DNA from: Peptococcaceae bacterium
GTDB lineage: Bacteria; Bacillota; Peptococcia; DRI-13; PHAD01
Direction of reading: 5' to 3'
DNA: 64,000 nucleotides
Assembly: GCA_040767105.1 (NCBI GenBank)
Contig: JAXGPE010000005.1
Location: forward strand, 3,855 to 67,854
Shown: piece after piece, positions 45,123 through 57,196 of the stretch
How the letters are laid out: every line of letters begins with the position of its first letter
Position numbering within the stretch: the first letter of the stretch is position 1
Notes under the pieces: model-generated
Seen by the model: only the letters and a program-made list of their open reading frames with translations
What the model was told of the DNA's origin: nothing
Databases searched by the model: none
Program-made: the position numbers and the translations under genes

Positions 45123-48100
45123 GTGCCTTTCAATATAAAAGAATCTCCCATTTTTATTGATGCGATGTGTGTGCTTGACTTTAGTGACGAAAGTAAAGTT
45201 TTTTAAAACAATGTGCAATAAAAGATATTCTGGTTTCCCAGGCTGAGAAAGCTTGGGAAATCAGTTTTATATGTCCGGAGTCATCTAACGAAGCAATAGA
45301 AGACTGTGCCAGAAAATTGTTCGAATATATCTTTGGTTCATTATTTTCATATAAATTTATATTTCAAAGCACTTATAATTCTATAAAAATCGATAGTATC
45401 TGTGGGGAGCATAAGGAATATTTACTGGATCAATTATCTTCTGCTTTTCCGATATGTAGAACCTGGATGAAAAACGCTCGTTTTTCAGTAAAAGGAAACT
45501 GTCTGCAATTATATATCAACCAGGAGATCGGATGGCAATATATGATATCCAGAAATTTCTCGAGATATTTAGAAGAAATAATCAATAAGAAGTATAATCT
45601 AACGGTGAATGTAGAACTGTTGTTAAATGAAGATAACCATGATGACCCAGCTGATAATGAATCTTATCTTGACGAAATACTTGAAACTAGAATCGATGAA
45701 TATGCGAAAACTGAAGAAAACAAATCGGAGGGGCAAAAAAACACAAGTCAAAAATATCAGTAATACACGGGAAAAAGATAAACGTAAAGCCGGTATTAAT
45801 ACAAGAAATCGTTGAAGAGGAAAAGGATATCACAATCAAAGGTTTCCTTTTTAATAAAGAAGTTCGGTTGCTGAAAACTGGGCGAAAAATAATTAACTTT
45901 TCATTATCAGATAAAACCGATTCTATATCGTGTAAGCTAATAATTGACAGTAAACGTTCGGAAGCTATTGAAAAAAGAATACAGGAAAAATCATGGTATT
46001 TGATCCGAGGACAGGTTTCGGTAGATAGCTATTCACAAGAGCTTACAATGATCCCAAGGGATATCTGCGAAGCTTATCATGAACAAAGAGTCGATACTGC
46101 AACGGATAAGCGTATAGAGTTACATATGCATACAAAAATGAGTGCGCTAGATGGACTGGCTGATATAGATGAAATAATCAAACGAACAAGCATTTGGGGA
46201 CATGAGGCTATTGCTATAACAGATCATGGAGTAGTCCAGGCTTTTCCCGAAGCATATGAGGCAGGAAAAAGGTACAACGTTAAAATAATTTATGGATTAG
46301 AAGCTTATATTTTTAATGACGATCATACTTCAGAAATGCATCATGCAAAAGCACAAACCTATCATTGTATAATACTAGCCCAAACAAAGGAGGGATTGCG
46401 TAATTTATATGAGCTTGTAACACTATCTCATCTAAAATATTTCTACAGAGTACCAAGAATACCAAAAAGCACACTTGCCCGATTAAGAAAAGGACTGCTT
46501 TTAGGTTCTGCATGTGAGTCAGGAGAATTGATCCAAGGATATATAAACGGAATCGATAAAAGATCTTTGGAACAAATTGCATCTTTCTACGATTTTCTTG
46601 AGATACAACCGAGAGGAAACAATAAATTTTTACTGGACAATGGAACTTTTACTTCTGAACAATCTCTGCTTGATATGAATAAAAGCATTTATGGTATGGC
46701 GAAAGAGCTAGATAAGCGTATAGTTGCGACCGGTGATGTTCATTTTATTGATCCAGAGGATGAAGTATATAGAAGAATTCTGATGGCTGGCAAAGGGTTC
46801 GAAGATTCAGATGACCAGGCTCCTTTATATTTCAAAAATACTCAAGAAATGTTAGAAGAATTTGCTTATCTGGGTTTGGATGAAGCTCAAGAGGTAGTGA
46901 TCGGGAATCCTAAGTATATTTGTGATCTTATTGAAGAATTGATCCCTATTCCGAGTGATTTCTATCCACCGGAGATACCGGGTGCAGAAAAAGAAATCGA
47001 ATATCTAACAATGCAGGAAGCCAAAAAATTATACGGAGATCCGTTGCCCAAACTTGTAAATGATAGGATCCGAAAAGAGCTTGATGCGATAATAAATAAC
47101 GGTTTTGCAGTGCTATATCTTACAGCTCATAAATTAGTTCGCAAATCCAATGAAGATGGATACCTTGTTGGATCCAGGGGTTCTGTAGGATCATCTTTAG
47201 TAGCAACACTTTGCGGCATAACGGAAGTAAACCCTTTATCGCCTCATTATCGCTGCCCGAACTGTTCAGAAAGTGAATTCATCAATGACATTAATGTTCG
47301 TTCAGGTTTTGATTTGCCAAATAAAGTTTGTCAACGCTGCAATACCGAGATGATAAAAGATGGTCATAATATACTTTTTGAGGTGTTTATGGGTTTTAAA
47401 GGCGACAAAGTGCCGGATATAGATTTGAATTTTTCCGGAGAATATCAACCCAAAGCTCATAAATATACCGAAGAAATATTTGGTAAAGAAAACGTCTTTA
47501 GAGCCGGGACGATTGCAACCATAGCTCAAAAAACCGCCTTCGGATTTGTTAAAAATTATTTTGAGGAGAGAAAGAAAAGCTTGCGTAATCCAGAAATCAA
47601 TCGTTTACTCGCTGGGTGCACAGGAGTAAAAAGAACAACTGGACAGCATCCGGGAGGATTGATGGTTTTACCCAAGGGATTAGATGTTCATTTATTTACT
47701 CCTTTGCAAAGGCCTGCCGATGATCTTAAAACAGATACTATCACGACCCATTTTGATTATCATGCTATTTCGAGCCGCTTGGTAAAACTTGATATACTTG
47801 GACATGACGATCCCACTGTGCTCAAAATGCTCGAAGATTTGACCGGTGTAAATTGCCGAGCAATCAATTTGAATGATCCAAAGGTATTTTCTCTGTTCCG
47901 ATCGACAGAGATTCTTGGCATCGACCCCAAAGAACTTGGTTCCAGAATGGGTACCCTCGGAATACCTGAATTCGGTACAAAATTTGTCAGACAAATGCTT
48001 GAGGATACAAAACCTCAGACATTTTCAGATTTGATCATGATAAGCGGTTTTTCACACGGGACGGATGTTTGGCTCCATAATGCACAAGATTTGATTCGGA

Positions 48101-48840
48101 ATAAGATTGCTGAGGTTTCTGAGGTTATTTCAACTCGAGATGACATAATGCTTTATTTAACCAAAAAAGGCATAAAACCTGATAAGGCATTTAAAATAAT
48201 GGAAGACGTCCGTAAAGGCAATGGTATTCGATCTGAATTTATAGATTTGCTTGAAGACCATCAGGTACCTGACTGGTACATTCGTTCTTGTCAGAAAATA
48301 AAATATATGTTTCCAAAAGCTCATGCAGCTGCCTACGTAATCATGGCACTCAGGATAGCGTATTTTAAAATACACTATCCAGCGGCTTTTTACACCAGCT
48401 TTTTTTCAGTAAGAGCTGATGAGTTTGACTCAGAAATAATTGTTGGGGGCATAAAAGCGATAAAAAACAAAATGGAGTACATTGATAAAAAAGGCGGAGA
48501 ATCCACTCAAACCGAGGATAAACTCTATACGATCCTCGAAGTATCCTTGGAAATGTTTTTAAGAGGCATAAGATTAAAACATGTCGATTTAAATAACTCT
48601 GATGCAAAATGCTTTAAAATCGACGAAGGAGGCAAGTCATTGCTCCCGCCGCTCGTTTCATTGCCCGGCTTAGGTCAAAACGCTGCTATGTCTATAGTCA
48701 ATGCTCGCTCGAAAAAACCTTTTACTTCTCAAGACGATTTAAGAACAAGAGCTAAATTAACTAAAACTGTGATCGAGGTCTTGAATAATCATGGATGTCT
48801 CTCGACATTGCCTCAAAGCGATCAGATCACACTTTTTTAA
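45123..48840 (+). CDS. polC: DNA polymerase III PolC-type alpha subunit lacking the 3'-5' exonuclease insertion; two homopolymer frame interruptions in the N-terminal region
   Basis: GTG 45123 follows CAGGAGG. Frame changes lie at the T6 run 45199-45204 and the A7 run 45735-45741. The main ORF 45868..48840 has the OB fold, PHP (LHMHTKMS, ITDHG, GLEA), the PolC zinc finger CPNC...CQRC and GQHPGG. Only about 20 aa separate GLEAYI from YHCIILAQTKEG, where PolC normally carries a ~190-aa DEDD exonuclease. Confidence 0.88.
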
Positions 48841-48914
48841 TAATCCTTGCCAACCAGTGCCACATTATGGTAGACTTAACCTCGTAGACGCGGCAAACAT
48901 TTTTTGAACTCTGC

Positions 48915-48943
48915 AAGAGTGGGATATCCCACTCTTTCGTCTT
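48915..48943 (+). terminator. Hairpin after polC (terminator candidate)
   Basis: aagagtggg-atat-cccactctt followed by tcgtctt. The T-run is weak. Confidence 0.5.
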
Positions 48944-48969
48944 ATTATGTATCATGGAGGGATAAAAAT

Positions 48970-49443
48970 TTGAAAAAAAAGAGTATTCAGCAGCTTGTTT
49001 ATGAGCTGGTTGATCCGGCAATAACTGAAATCGATTATGAATTAGTGGCAGTCGAATATTTAAAAGAAGGTGCCAATTGGTTCTTGCGCCTGTATATCGA
49101 TAAACAATCAGGTGCGATCGATTTAGATGATTGTCAGGTTGTGAGCGCTGTTGTTTCAGACTTGCTTGATAGGGCAGATCCAGTTCCAAATGCCTATTTT
49201 TTGGAGGTATCTTCACCAGGTATAGAACGGTTGTTGCAGCGGGAAAAGGATTTTAAAAGATACTTTGGGAGTAGAGTAAATGTGCATACATATGCACCAG
49301 TCGATGGTGCGAAAATACACACTGGTACTTTAGGACTAGTTACAATTGATGCTTTGGAACTTAATACAGAAGATACTATAAAAATAATTCCGAGAGAAAA
49401 AATATCTCAGGTGAGGTTAGCCTGGGATATTAAGGAGGCATAA
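48970..49443 (+). CDS. rimP: Ribosome maturation factor RimP
   Basis: ORF 48904..49443. TTG 48970 follows GGAGGGA. Has EVSSPGIERLL and the position before nusA is conserved. Confidence 0.88.
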   Translation: MKKKSIQQLVYELVDPAITEIDYELVAVEYLKEGANWFLRLYIDKQSGAIDLDDCQVVSAVVSDLLDRADPVPNAYFLEVSSPGIERLLQREKDFKRYFGSRVNVHTYAPVDGAKIHTGTLGLVTIDALELNTEDTIKIIPREKISQVRLAWDIKEA

Positions 49444-49450
49444 TATAAAA

Positions 49451-50506
49451 ATGAATCAAGAATTAGTAGGTGCTTTGATTGAATTAGAAAGAGAAAAGGG
49501 GATCAACAGCGAAATTATAATTGAAGCTATTGAAGCTGCGTTAGTTTCAGCATATAAAAAAAATTTTGGAACGCATTCTAATATGCGGGTACATATCGAT
49601 CGTAATACAGGGACAATAAAAGTTTTTTCTCGCCGGACTATTGTCACGGAGACAACAAATATCAGAGAGGAAATATCCCTTGATGAAGCGCGAAAAATGG
49701 ATCCGCGCTACGAAATAGGCGATATCGTCGAAAACGAGGTCACGCCTAAAGATTTTGGCCGCATTGCAGCACAAACTGCAAAACAGGTTGTTGTGCAAAG
49801 GCTGCGTGAAGCTGAACGTGACATGGTATTCAATGAATACTCAAACCGTGAAGGAGATATCGTAACTGGCGTAGTTCAAAGGATTGAGAATAAAAACGTT
49901 TATATTGATTTAGGTAAAACGGAAGCCATATTGGGACCTAATGAACAGATGCAAAATGAATCATATCGAAATGGTGAACGTATAAAAAGCTTTATAATTG
50001 ATGTGAAAAAGACTACCAAGGGCCCGCAGATCCTTTTATCCAGGACTCATCCGGGATTACTCAAAAGACTTTTTGAATTAGAAGTTCCAGAAATACATGA
50101 TGGTACTGTGGAAATCAAGAATGTGGCTCGCGAAGCCGGAGCACGTTCAAAGATTGCTGTATATTCCAAAAATGAAAATGTCGATCCTGTGGGTTCCTGT
50201 GTAGGTCCTAAGGGTCTGAGAGTGCAATCTATAGTTAATGAATTAAAGGGAGAAAAAATTGATATCGTAAAATGGAGCTCTGACCCCATAAAATACATTG
50301 CGAATTCTCTCAGCCCTGCAAAAGTGATTTCTGTTGAAGTAAATATTGATGAAAAGATGGCTCAGGTGGTGGTGCCTGATTACCAGCTTTCTTTGGCTAT
50401 CGGCAAAGAAGGACAGAATGCAAGGCTAGCGGCAAAATTGACTGGATGGAAAATTGATATCAAAAGCGAATCGCAATGCATGGTTTTAGATGAAGATACA
50501 ATTTGA
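49451..50506 (+). CDS. nusA: Transcription termination/antitermination factor NusA
   Basis: 351-aa ORF with S1 and KH domains ([44 protein letters not shown]). Confidence 0.95.
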   Translation: MNQELVGALIELEREKGINSEIIIEAIEAALVSAYKKNFGTHSNMRVHIDRNTGTIKVFSRRTIVTETTNIREEISLDEARKMDPRYEIGDIVENEVTPKDFGRIAAQTAKQVVVQRLREAERDMVFNEYSNREGDIVTGVVQRIENKNVYIDLGKTEAILGPNEQMQNESYRNGERIKSFIIDVKKTTKGPQILLSRTHPGLLKRLFELEVPEIHDGTVEIKNVAREAGARSKIAVYSKNENVDPVGSCVGPKGLRVQSIVNELKGEKIDIVKWSSDPIKYIANSLSPAKVISVEVNIDEKMAQVVVPDYQLSLAIGKEGQNARLAAKLTGWKIDIKSESQCMVLDEDTI

Positions 50507-50523
50507 ATCATGGAGTGTTATTT

Positions 50524-50802
50524 ATGAAACAAAGAAAAGTCCCCTTGCGAATGTGTGTTGGTTGTCAAGAAATGAAACCCAAAAAAGAACTAATTCGTAT
50601 TGTGAGAACGCCAGAATCTGAAGTTATCCTCGATTCCTCCGGGAAGAAATCCGGGCGCGGGGTTTATATCTGTCCGCAAAAGGAATGTCTGCAAAAGGCT
50701 ATTAAAAGCAATAGGCTTGAGAAAAATCTTCAACATCCTATATCAGAAGAAGTTATGAACAGACTTAAAATAGGCTTAGGTTACGATACAAATGAAAAAT
50801 AA
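50524..50802 (+). CDS. rnpM: YlxR/RnpM family RNA-binding protein (DUF448)
   Basis: ORF 50503..50802. ATG 50524 gives MKQRKVPLRMCVGCQEMKPKKELIRIV...GRGVYIC. Confidence 0.88.
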   Translation: MKQRKVPLRMCVGCQEMKPKKELIRIVRTPESEVILDSSGKKSGRGVYICPQKECLQKAIKSNRLEKNLQHPISEEVMNRLKIGLGYDTNEK

Positions 50803-51109
50803 AGTATTTGCCCTGCTTGGCTTCGCACAAAAATCCGGCTGCTTGTACAGCGGGGAAACATCTGTAAAAACTGCCTTAAGAATAGGCAAGGCAAAACTAA
50901 TACTTATCGCTGAGGATTTGCCCATGAAAAAGAAAGCGCATTTGATACATGAATGTCATAAATTAGGAATTAATTACTACATCTCAGGTAGCAAATCAGA
51001 ATATGGGGAAATATTAGGTATGCCGGATCGGGGAATCATCGCGGTGACGGATAAACAGATGAGTATAGCTATAATTAATATATTTAATAATAATGATCTG
51101 ATTGAGTAA
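50792..51109 (+). CDS. ylxQ: L7Ae/L30e-family RNA-binding protein YlxQ
   Basis: 105-aa ORF between ylxR and inf[16 protein letters not shown]...[10 protein letters not shown] fits the family. Confidence 0.8.
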   Translation: MKNKVFALLGFAQKSGCLYSGETSVKTALRIGKAKLILIAEDLPMKKKAHLIHECHKLGINYYISGSKSEYGEILGMPDRGIIAVTDKQMSIAIINIFNNNDLIE

Positions 51110-51129
51110 TAATTCATGGGGGTGGTTTA

Positions 51130-53466
51130 ATGGCTACTATTCGAGTACACGAATTGGCAAAGGAAATGAATCTTAATAGCAAAGAACTTTTAGAAAAATT
51201 ACAGGCCTTGGGCTTGAACATGAAAAATCATATGAGTACTATTCCTGGAGGCGAAGTTAACCGTATTAAAAATATGGTTTTAAATTTGGAATCTATCCAG
51301 GCTGAAAACTTAGCTTCGGCTTCTCAAAAGGAGAAACCTCCTCAACCTATTCAAACCGGAGTTAAGCTTGAAAGAAAAATAGATGAAAAACCGAAGCAAA
51401 TTCAAAAAAGCATCCCATCGCAAAAACAGCCGGAAAAAAAGGATATTGTTGATGCCCAAAACAGGCAAAAGACATTTCCTCAAATGCAGACAACGGGCCA
51501 GACAGGGGTATCCGGTCGCGAGCTTAAGGATGCCTATTTGAATAAAGCTGAAACCGCATTGGGAGAAAAGGCCTATGATCGCGGAGGAATAACGAAGACT
51601 CCGTCGGCGAAAAAAGGATCTCGCTTTGATAATAAACGTTCTGATAATAAAAAGGGAGGGCGTTTTAATAAAGGTTATCGAAGGCAGTCAATAGCGAAAG
51701 AAATTGTCCCGGTGGTCGTTAAAAATATTGCTTTGGATGGGCCATTGACTGTCCAGGATTTTGCCCATCTGATAAACAAAAAGGCTACAGACGTTATCAA
51801 AAAGTTGCTTTCACTTGGCATGATGACAACAATTAATCAGGAGTTGGATATCGAAACACTGATTCTTTTGGGGGCTGAATTTGGTACTACCGTTGAAATC
51901 AAAGCTACCAAAGAGGATATACTTCTTGCCGAAGAACCGGATAAGCCGGAAGAGCTTGCAGAACGCCCTCCCGTAGTTACAATAATGGGACATGTCGACC
52001 ATGGCAAAACCTCTTTGTTGGATGTGATAAGAGAAACAAATGTAGTTGCTGGTGAAGCCGGAGGGATCACTCAGCATATTGGAGCCTATCAGGTTGAAAT
52101 CAAAGGTAAAAAAATTACATTTCTAGATACTCCCGGACATGAAGCATTTACAGCAATGCGTGCAAGAGGTGCTCAAATCACGGACATTGCAATCCTTGTC
52201 GTTGCGGCGGATGATGGAGTTATGCCTCAGACGATTGAAGCAATCAATCACGCACATGCAGCCAATGTCCCTATTATAGTTGCAATCAACAAAATCGATA
52301 AACCAGGAGCCAATCCAGACAAGATTAAACAGGAATTGACTGAGTATGGAATAGTTTCCGAAGAGTGGGGCGGAGAAACTATTTGCGTAAATGTGTCCGC
52401 GAAGACAAAGCAGGGCTTGGATTCTCTCTTGGAAATGATCTTGCTTGTCTCTGAAATGGGAGATCTAAAGGCTAATCCAGAAAGAAAAGCAAAAGGGACG
52501 GTTGTCGAAGCAAAACTCGATAAGGGGCGCGGGCCAGTCGCAACTTTATTAGTCCAAAATGGACATCTCAGTACAGGTGACTTTATGATTGTTGGTACCA
52601 CACAGGGAAGAGTCCGTGCAATGTACGATGATCTTGGCAGAAAAATACGTAAGGCTTTACCCTCGACCCCGGTCGAAATAATTGGACTTACAGATGTTCC
52701 TCAAGCTGGAGATGTATTTCAGGTTGTAGAAGATGAACGCCTGGCCAAGCAAATTACGAGTGAACGAACTGCTCAAAAAAGAGAAGAGGCAATGCAGTCT
52801 AGAACAAGAGTTTCGCTAGAAGATCTGTTTAGCCATATCCAGCAGGGTGAAATCAGAGATTTGAATATTATTATTAAAGCAGATGTTCAAGGATCCATAG
52901 AAGCACTTAAACAATCGCTGGAAAAATTATCAAACAATGAAGTGCGAGTTAATATTATCCATCAAGGAGTTGGTGGAATCCGCGAAACTGATGTAATGCT
53001 TGCGGATGCCTCGAACGCGATCATTTTGGGTTTCAATGTTCGACCAGACGTAAATGCGCGTAAAACAGCCGAAGCACAACAAATAGACATCAGGCTTTAT
53101 CGAGTTATTTATAATGCCATTGAAGATGTTAAAGCAGCCTTAGGAGGTCTGTTAAAGCCAGAAATACGCGAGCTTGTTCTTGGACACGCTGAGGTACGTG
53201 CAGTATTTAAAGTCCCCAAAGTTGGAACAATTGCCGGGTGCTATGTTACTGAGGGTAAAATCAGTCGTAATTCTCAGGTTCGAGTTACCAGAGATGGAAT
53301 AGTGATCCATGAAGGCACGATAAATTCTCTAAAAAGATTCAAGGAAGATGCAAAAGATGTGAGTAGTGGATATGAATGTGGTATAGGAATAGACAGGTTC
53401 AATGATATACATGAAGGCGATCAGTTGGAGTCCTTTACTTTTGAAGAGATCAAAAGGGAGCTGTAA
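51130..53466 (+). CDS. infB: Translation initiation factor IF-2
   Basis: 778-aa ORF with [22 protein letters not shown] and NKIDK. Confidence 0.96.
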   Translation: MATIRVHELAKEMNLNSKELLEKLQALGLNMKNHMSTIPGGEVNRIKNMVLNLESIQAENLASASQKEKPPQPIQTGVKLERKIDEKPKQIQKSIPSQKQPEKKDIVDAQNRQKTFPQMQTTGQTGVSGRELKDAYLNKAETALGEKAYDRGGITKTPSAKKGSRFDNKRSDNKKGGRFNKGYRRQSIAKEIVPVVVKNIALDGPLTVQDFAHLINKKATDVIKKLLSLGMMTTINQELDIETLILLGAEFGTTVEIKATKEDILLAEEPDKPEELAERPPVVTIMGHVDHGKTSLLDVIRETNVVAGEAGGITQHIGAYQVEIKGKKITFLDTPGHEAFTAMRARGAQITDIAILVVAADDGVMPQTIEAINHAHAANVPIIVAINKIDKPGANPDKIKQELTEYGIVSEEWGGETICVNVSAKTKQGLDSLLEMILLVSEMGDLKANPERKAKGTVVEAKLDKGRGPVATLLVQNGHLSTGDFMIVGTTQGRVRAMYDDLGRKIRKALPSTPVEIIGLTDVPQAGDVFQVVEDERLAKQITSERTAQKREEAMQSRTRVSLEDLFSHIQQGEIRDLNIIIKADVQGSIEALKQSLEKLSNNEVRVNIIHQGVGGIRETDVMLADASNAIILGFNVRPDVNARKTAEAQQIDIRLYRVIYNAIEDVKAALGGLLKPEIRELVLGHAEVRAVFKVPKVGTIAGCYVTEGKISRNSQVRVTRDGIVIHEGTINSLKRFKEDAKDVSSGYECGIGIDRFNDIHEGDQLESFTFEEIKREL

Positions 53467-53473
53467 TCAAATT

Positions 53474-53830
53474 ATGTCAAATTACCGAATCTCAAGAATA
53501 TCCGAGGAGATAAAAAGAGAGCTTTCACAAATGATCCGCGATGAGATAAAGGATCCGCGGGTCAAAGGATTAATAAGTGTGACACACGTAGAGGTTACAA
53601 ATGATTTGCGTTACGCCAAGGTTTATATCAGTACGCTTTTGTTGGGCGAAGAAGAGTCATCTGTATTAGAGGGGCTTAAGCAAGCTTCAGGATACATGCG
53701 CAGCGAGCTGGCGAAGAGATTGCAGCTTCGATTGACTCCTGAGCTTGTATTCAAAAAAGATGATTCAATAGAACATGGCTCAAAAATCAATGAAATAATC
53801 TCTAATATCAAGCATGATGAAAGGAATTAA
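53474..53830 (+). CDS. rbfA: Ribosome-binding factor A
   Basis: ORF 53402..53830. ATG 53474 gives MSNYRISRISEEIKRELSQMI...VEVTNDLRYAKVY. Confidence 0.9.
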   Translation: MSNYRISRISEEIKRELSQMIRDEIKDPRVKGLISVTHVEVTNDLRYAKVYISTLLLGEEESSVLEGLKQASGYMRSELAKRLQLRLTPELVFKKDDSIEHGSKINEIISNIKHDERN

Positions 53831-54809
53831 GAGTTTTATGCTTGATGCTAATAAACTATCTGCTGAATTGGACAAATACTCCGAGATTGTTATAATCACT
53901 CATGAAAAGGCAGACGGGGATGCTTTGGGTTCTTCTATTGCTCTGGCATTAGGTTTGACTGGGATTAATAAAAAGGTGTCCATGTATTATGCCGAAAGTA
54001 TTTCTGATATGTATAGTTTTCTGCCTGGCGTAGATATAATTAACAATGTTCCTCCGGGAACTCTGCCTGATAATACTTTAATAATAACAGTAGACTGTAC
54101 TGATTTGAACAGATCTGCTTACAATACTCTCCCCGGTTCAACGATTGTTAACATTGACCATCATATAAGCAACTCTTTTTTTGGAGATGTAAATTTTGTT
54201 GAACCTTTAGCAGCAGCATCTGGTGAAGTCATATTCAAAATTTTAAAATTCTTAAAGATAGATATCACGCCGGATATAGCGACAAACTTGTATGTTGCCA
54301 TTTCTTCCGATACCAGCGTTTTTACTTACAGCAATACCACGGCTGATACCCTACGCATATGTGCAGATCTTGTCGCTAGGGGTGCAGATCTTTCGTCTAT
54401 ACGTGAAAACCTTTATAATAAAAAATCTTTAAGTGAATTATTTTTCATACGTGAATCCCTAAATAATATGTATATAAGTGCAGATGGTTCGATTATTGCC
54501 TGCTCGATAAACTATAAACAAATGCTGAATGGAAATTATTTTTATACAGAAACTGATTTTTTAACTAATATGATGCGCTCTTTGGAAGGCGTTGAAGTTG
54601 CACTACTGCTAAAAGAAATTTTCTCCGGAGAAATCAAAGTAAGCCTTCGTTCGAATAAGTATGTAGATGTTAATCTTTTGGCAAATGAGTTTGGAGGAGG
54701 AGGACATCCTCGCGCTGCGGGCTGTACGATAAGAGGAGAATTGGAAAAAACAAGGGATATCTTGATCGATAGAGCTCTTTCGTTTTATAAACAGGTGCGA
54801 TCAAAATGA
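53814..54809 (+). CDS. nrnA: DHH-family phosphoesterase, bifunctional oligoribonuclease/PAP phosphatase NrnA-like
   Basis: 331-aa ORF with THEKADGDALGS, DHH (NIDHHISN) and GGGHPRAAG (DHHA1). The start could also be ATG 53838. Confidence 0.85.
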   Translation: MMKGIKSFMLDANKLSAELDKYSEIVIITHEKADGDALGSSIALALGLTGINKKVSMYYAESISDMYSFLPGVDIINNVPPGTLPDNTLIITVDCTDLNRSAYNTLPGSTIVNIDHHISNSFFGDVNFVEPLAAASGEVIFKILKFLKIDITPDIATNLYVAISSDTSVFTYSNTTADTLRICADLVARGADLSSIRENLYNKKSLSELFFIRESLNNMYISADGSIIACSINYKQMLNGNYFYTETDFLTNMMRSLEGVEVALLLKEIFSGEIKVSLRSNKYVDVNLLANEFGGGGHPRAAGCTIRGELEKTRDILIDRALSFYKQVRSK

Positions 54810-55685
54810 ATGGGATAATTAATTTTTTTAAACCTCCCGGAATGACATCGCATGATGTTGTACAACGTTTGCGAAAAGAATTAGGTATTAAAAAAATTGG
54901 ACATACAGGAACTCTCGATCCCCAAGCATCGGGTGTTTTACCGATTTGCGTCGGCTATGCTACGCGACTGGCAGAATTTATCAGTGTTTCTGACAAAACA
55001 TACTTCTGCCGACTCAAGCTCGGTATTGTAACATCTACCCAGGATGCATGGGGAGATGTCCTCTCTCAAACCCCGGTAAAAACTGTTTGCTACGAAGATG
55101 TTGAAAAGGCACTTTCTTCTTTCCGTGGCTGTATTTCACAAAGGGTTCCTGCATATTCTGCTGTTAAACTTAATGGTGAACCGCTATACAAAAAGGCACG
55201 ACGCGGTGAGGAAAATATTCAAATATTTCGCGAGATAAATATTAAAGATTTACAGCTTATTGATATAAAAGGAAATGAGCTAAGCCTGAAAATATCATGT
55301 TCTAAGGGAACATACATTCGTACATTGTGCCATGACTTGGGTTCCAAGCTCGGGCTAGGGGCACACATGAGTTATTTGTTGCGTATACAAGCAGGATCTT
55401 TTCATCTTAAGGACAGTATTACTTTCGAAAAAGTCATTAAAAGGAACCTATGGATTTTTAATTAAACCATCTGCTAGTATTCTCGATCTTCCGCAGATTT
55501 GTCTGGATGAAGAGGAATCAACAAATATTCGTTTTGGAAGGAAAATTTATATACCCAATGACCGTATCCAATTATTGAGTACTAGCAATGATTTGCAGAA
55601 CAGGGCAGCATTGATCGATCAGGATAATGATATCGTTGCCATAGCTTGGATGCGAAGTGAGCCAGAAGCTGAAAATACTTTTTAA
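54806..55685 (+). CDS. truB: tRNA pseudouridine(55) synthase TruB; one frame interruption near 55442
   Basis: ORF 54806..55465 has GHTGTLDPQASGVLPI. The C-terminal PUA-like part (...ILDLPQICLDEEESTNIRFGRKIYIP...IAWMRSEPEAENTF) continues in another frame to the stop at 55683-55685. Confidence 0.88.
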
Positions 55686-55717
55686 AACCCCAAAAAGTTT
55701 TCCGGCCGGAGTGAAAA

Positions 55718-56700
55718 ATGAAAATTTGCTTTGATTTTAAAGAAATTTCAAATTTTGATAAACCAATAGCTATTGCAATTGGAAATTTTGATGGTGTTCA
55801 TATAGGTCATCAACAGCTTATCCGAACTTGTGTTGAGGAATCGCATGAAAAGAGGATGGTTATCCTGTGCAATGACTTTCCAGCCTCATCCAAAATCTTT
55901 CTTTGATAAAGAGGGGATTTTTAAGCTCATTAACACACCAGAACAGAAATATAGTTTGATCGCCTTATTAGGGATCGACATCCTGATTGTAATTCCGTTC
56001 GACAAATACTTTTCCGAAACGAGCCCGGAAGATTTTATTGCAAAATACCTAGTAAAATTTATGCACATTAAAAAAATCTATATGGATTCAATTTCTTTTT
56101 CGGGAAAATGGGGGCACCCCCGAGTTATTAGCCGATCATGGAAAAAAGTATGAATATGAAACTAAAATAATACCTCCGATATATATAAATGATTCCCTGG
56201 TTAGCAGCAGCCTTGTGCGCGAACAATATCGCACTGGAAACATTAAAGCTGCCTTTGAACTTCTCGGCTACTGGCCATTTTTCGAAGGAATAGTCGAAAA
56301 AGGCGAGGGGAGAGGAAGGAATATTGGCTTTAGAACAGCAAATATCCATATCCCGAACGATTTGCTTTTGCCTCGATACGGTGTTTATGCAGCCTGGACA
56401 GAAATTCCTGATGATCAAAAAAATGAAGACACTAATTTTTATCCGGCAATAGTAAATATTGGTATTAGACCGACTTTCCACATTGAGAAACCAATTATTG
56501 AGATTCATCTTCTTGATTACTCTGAAGATATCTATAAAAAATATTTACGAATCAATTTGTTGGGATTCATTAGAGACGAGTTATATTTCACCGATATGAA
56601 TGAAATGCGCAGGCAAATTGAAAGCGATATCAAAGAAGCGCGTAATTTATTGAAGCAAAAGACATTTAATATAAATTACTTGCATTATAAGTTGATCTGA
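55718..56700 (+). CDS. ribF: Bifunctional riboflavin kinase/FAD synthetase; three homopolymer frame interruptions in this sequence
   Basis: Three collinear fragments: 55718..55906 (AIGNFDGVHIGHQ), 55830..56153 and 56215..56700 (EGRGRNIGFRTANI...VNIGIRPTF). Lesions lie near 55848, 56077 and 56097. Confidence 0.88.
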
Positions 56701-56793
56701 AATATAATGAATTCTGTTAAATTAGCGTTGACTAGGTCAAGCGATTCACCACCGCTGTACTTGGTATCGCTGAATAAATAAGGAGGTGCTCAT

Positions 56794-57063
56794 ATGTCAA
56801 TGGATCAGGCTAAGAAGACAGATATAATCAGTAAATATCGTCTTCATGAAACCGATACCGGTTCACCCGAGGTTCAAATAGCTATTTTGACCGAGCGGAT
56901 CAATTATTTAACGGAGCATTTAAAAATCCACAAGAAAGATCACCATTCACGCCGGGGGCTTTTGGTCATGGTCGGACAACGCCGGGGATTGCTTAATTAC
57001 CTTAAAGAAAAAGATCTTAATCGTTATAGAGCAATTCTTGTAAGTCTAAATATTAGAAGATAG
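56794..57063 (+). CDS. rpsO: 30S ribosomal protein S15
   Basis: 89-aa ORF after AAGGAGG with [36 protein letters not shown]. Confidence 0.96.
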   Translation: MSMDQAKKTDIISKYRLHETDTGSPEVQIAILTERINYLTEHLKIHKKDHHSRRGLLVMVGQRRGLLNYLKEKDLNRYRAILVSLNIRR

Positions 57064-57087
57064 AGCGGTATTACCGCTCTATCTTTA
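57061..57087 (+). terminator. Terminator after rpsO
   Basis: agagcgg-tatta-ccgctct overlaps the stop codon and is followed by atcttta. Confidence 0.65.
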
Positions 57088-57196
57088 TAATAGCTGGCAT
57101 TTGGCCCATAATAAAGGAAATACAGCCTTGTTTGTAGAATAGAAGGCTTTGACGATATATTCTTATTACCATATAACGGGAGGTTTACAATAACAG

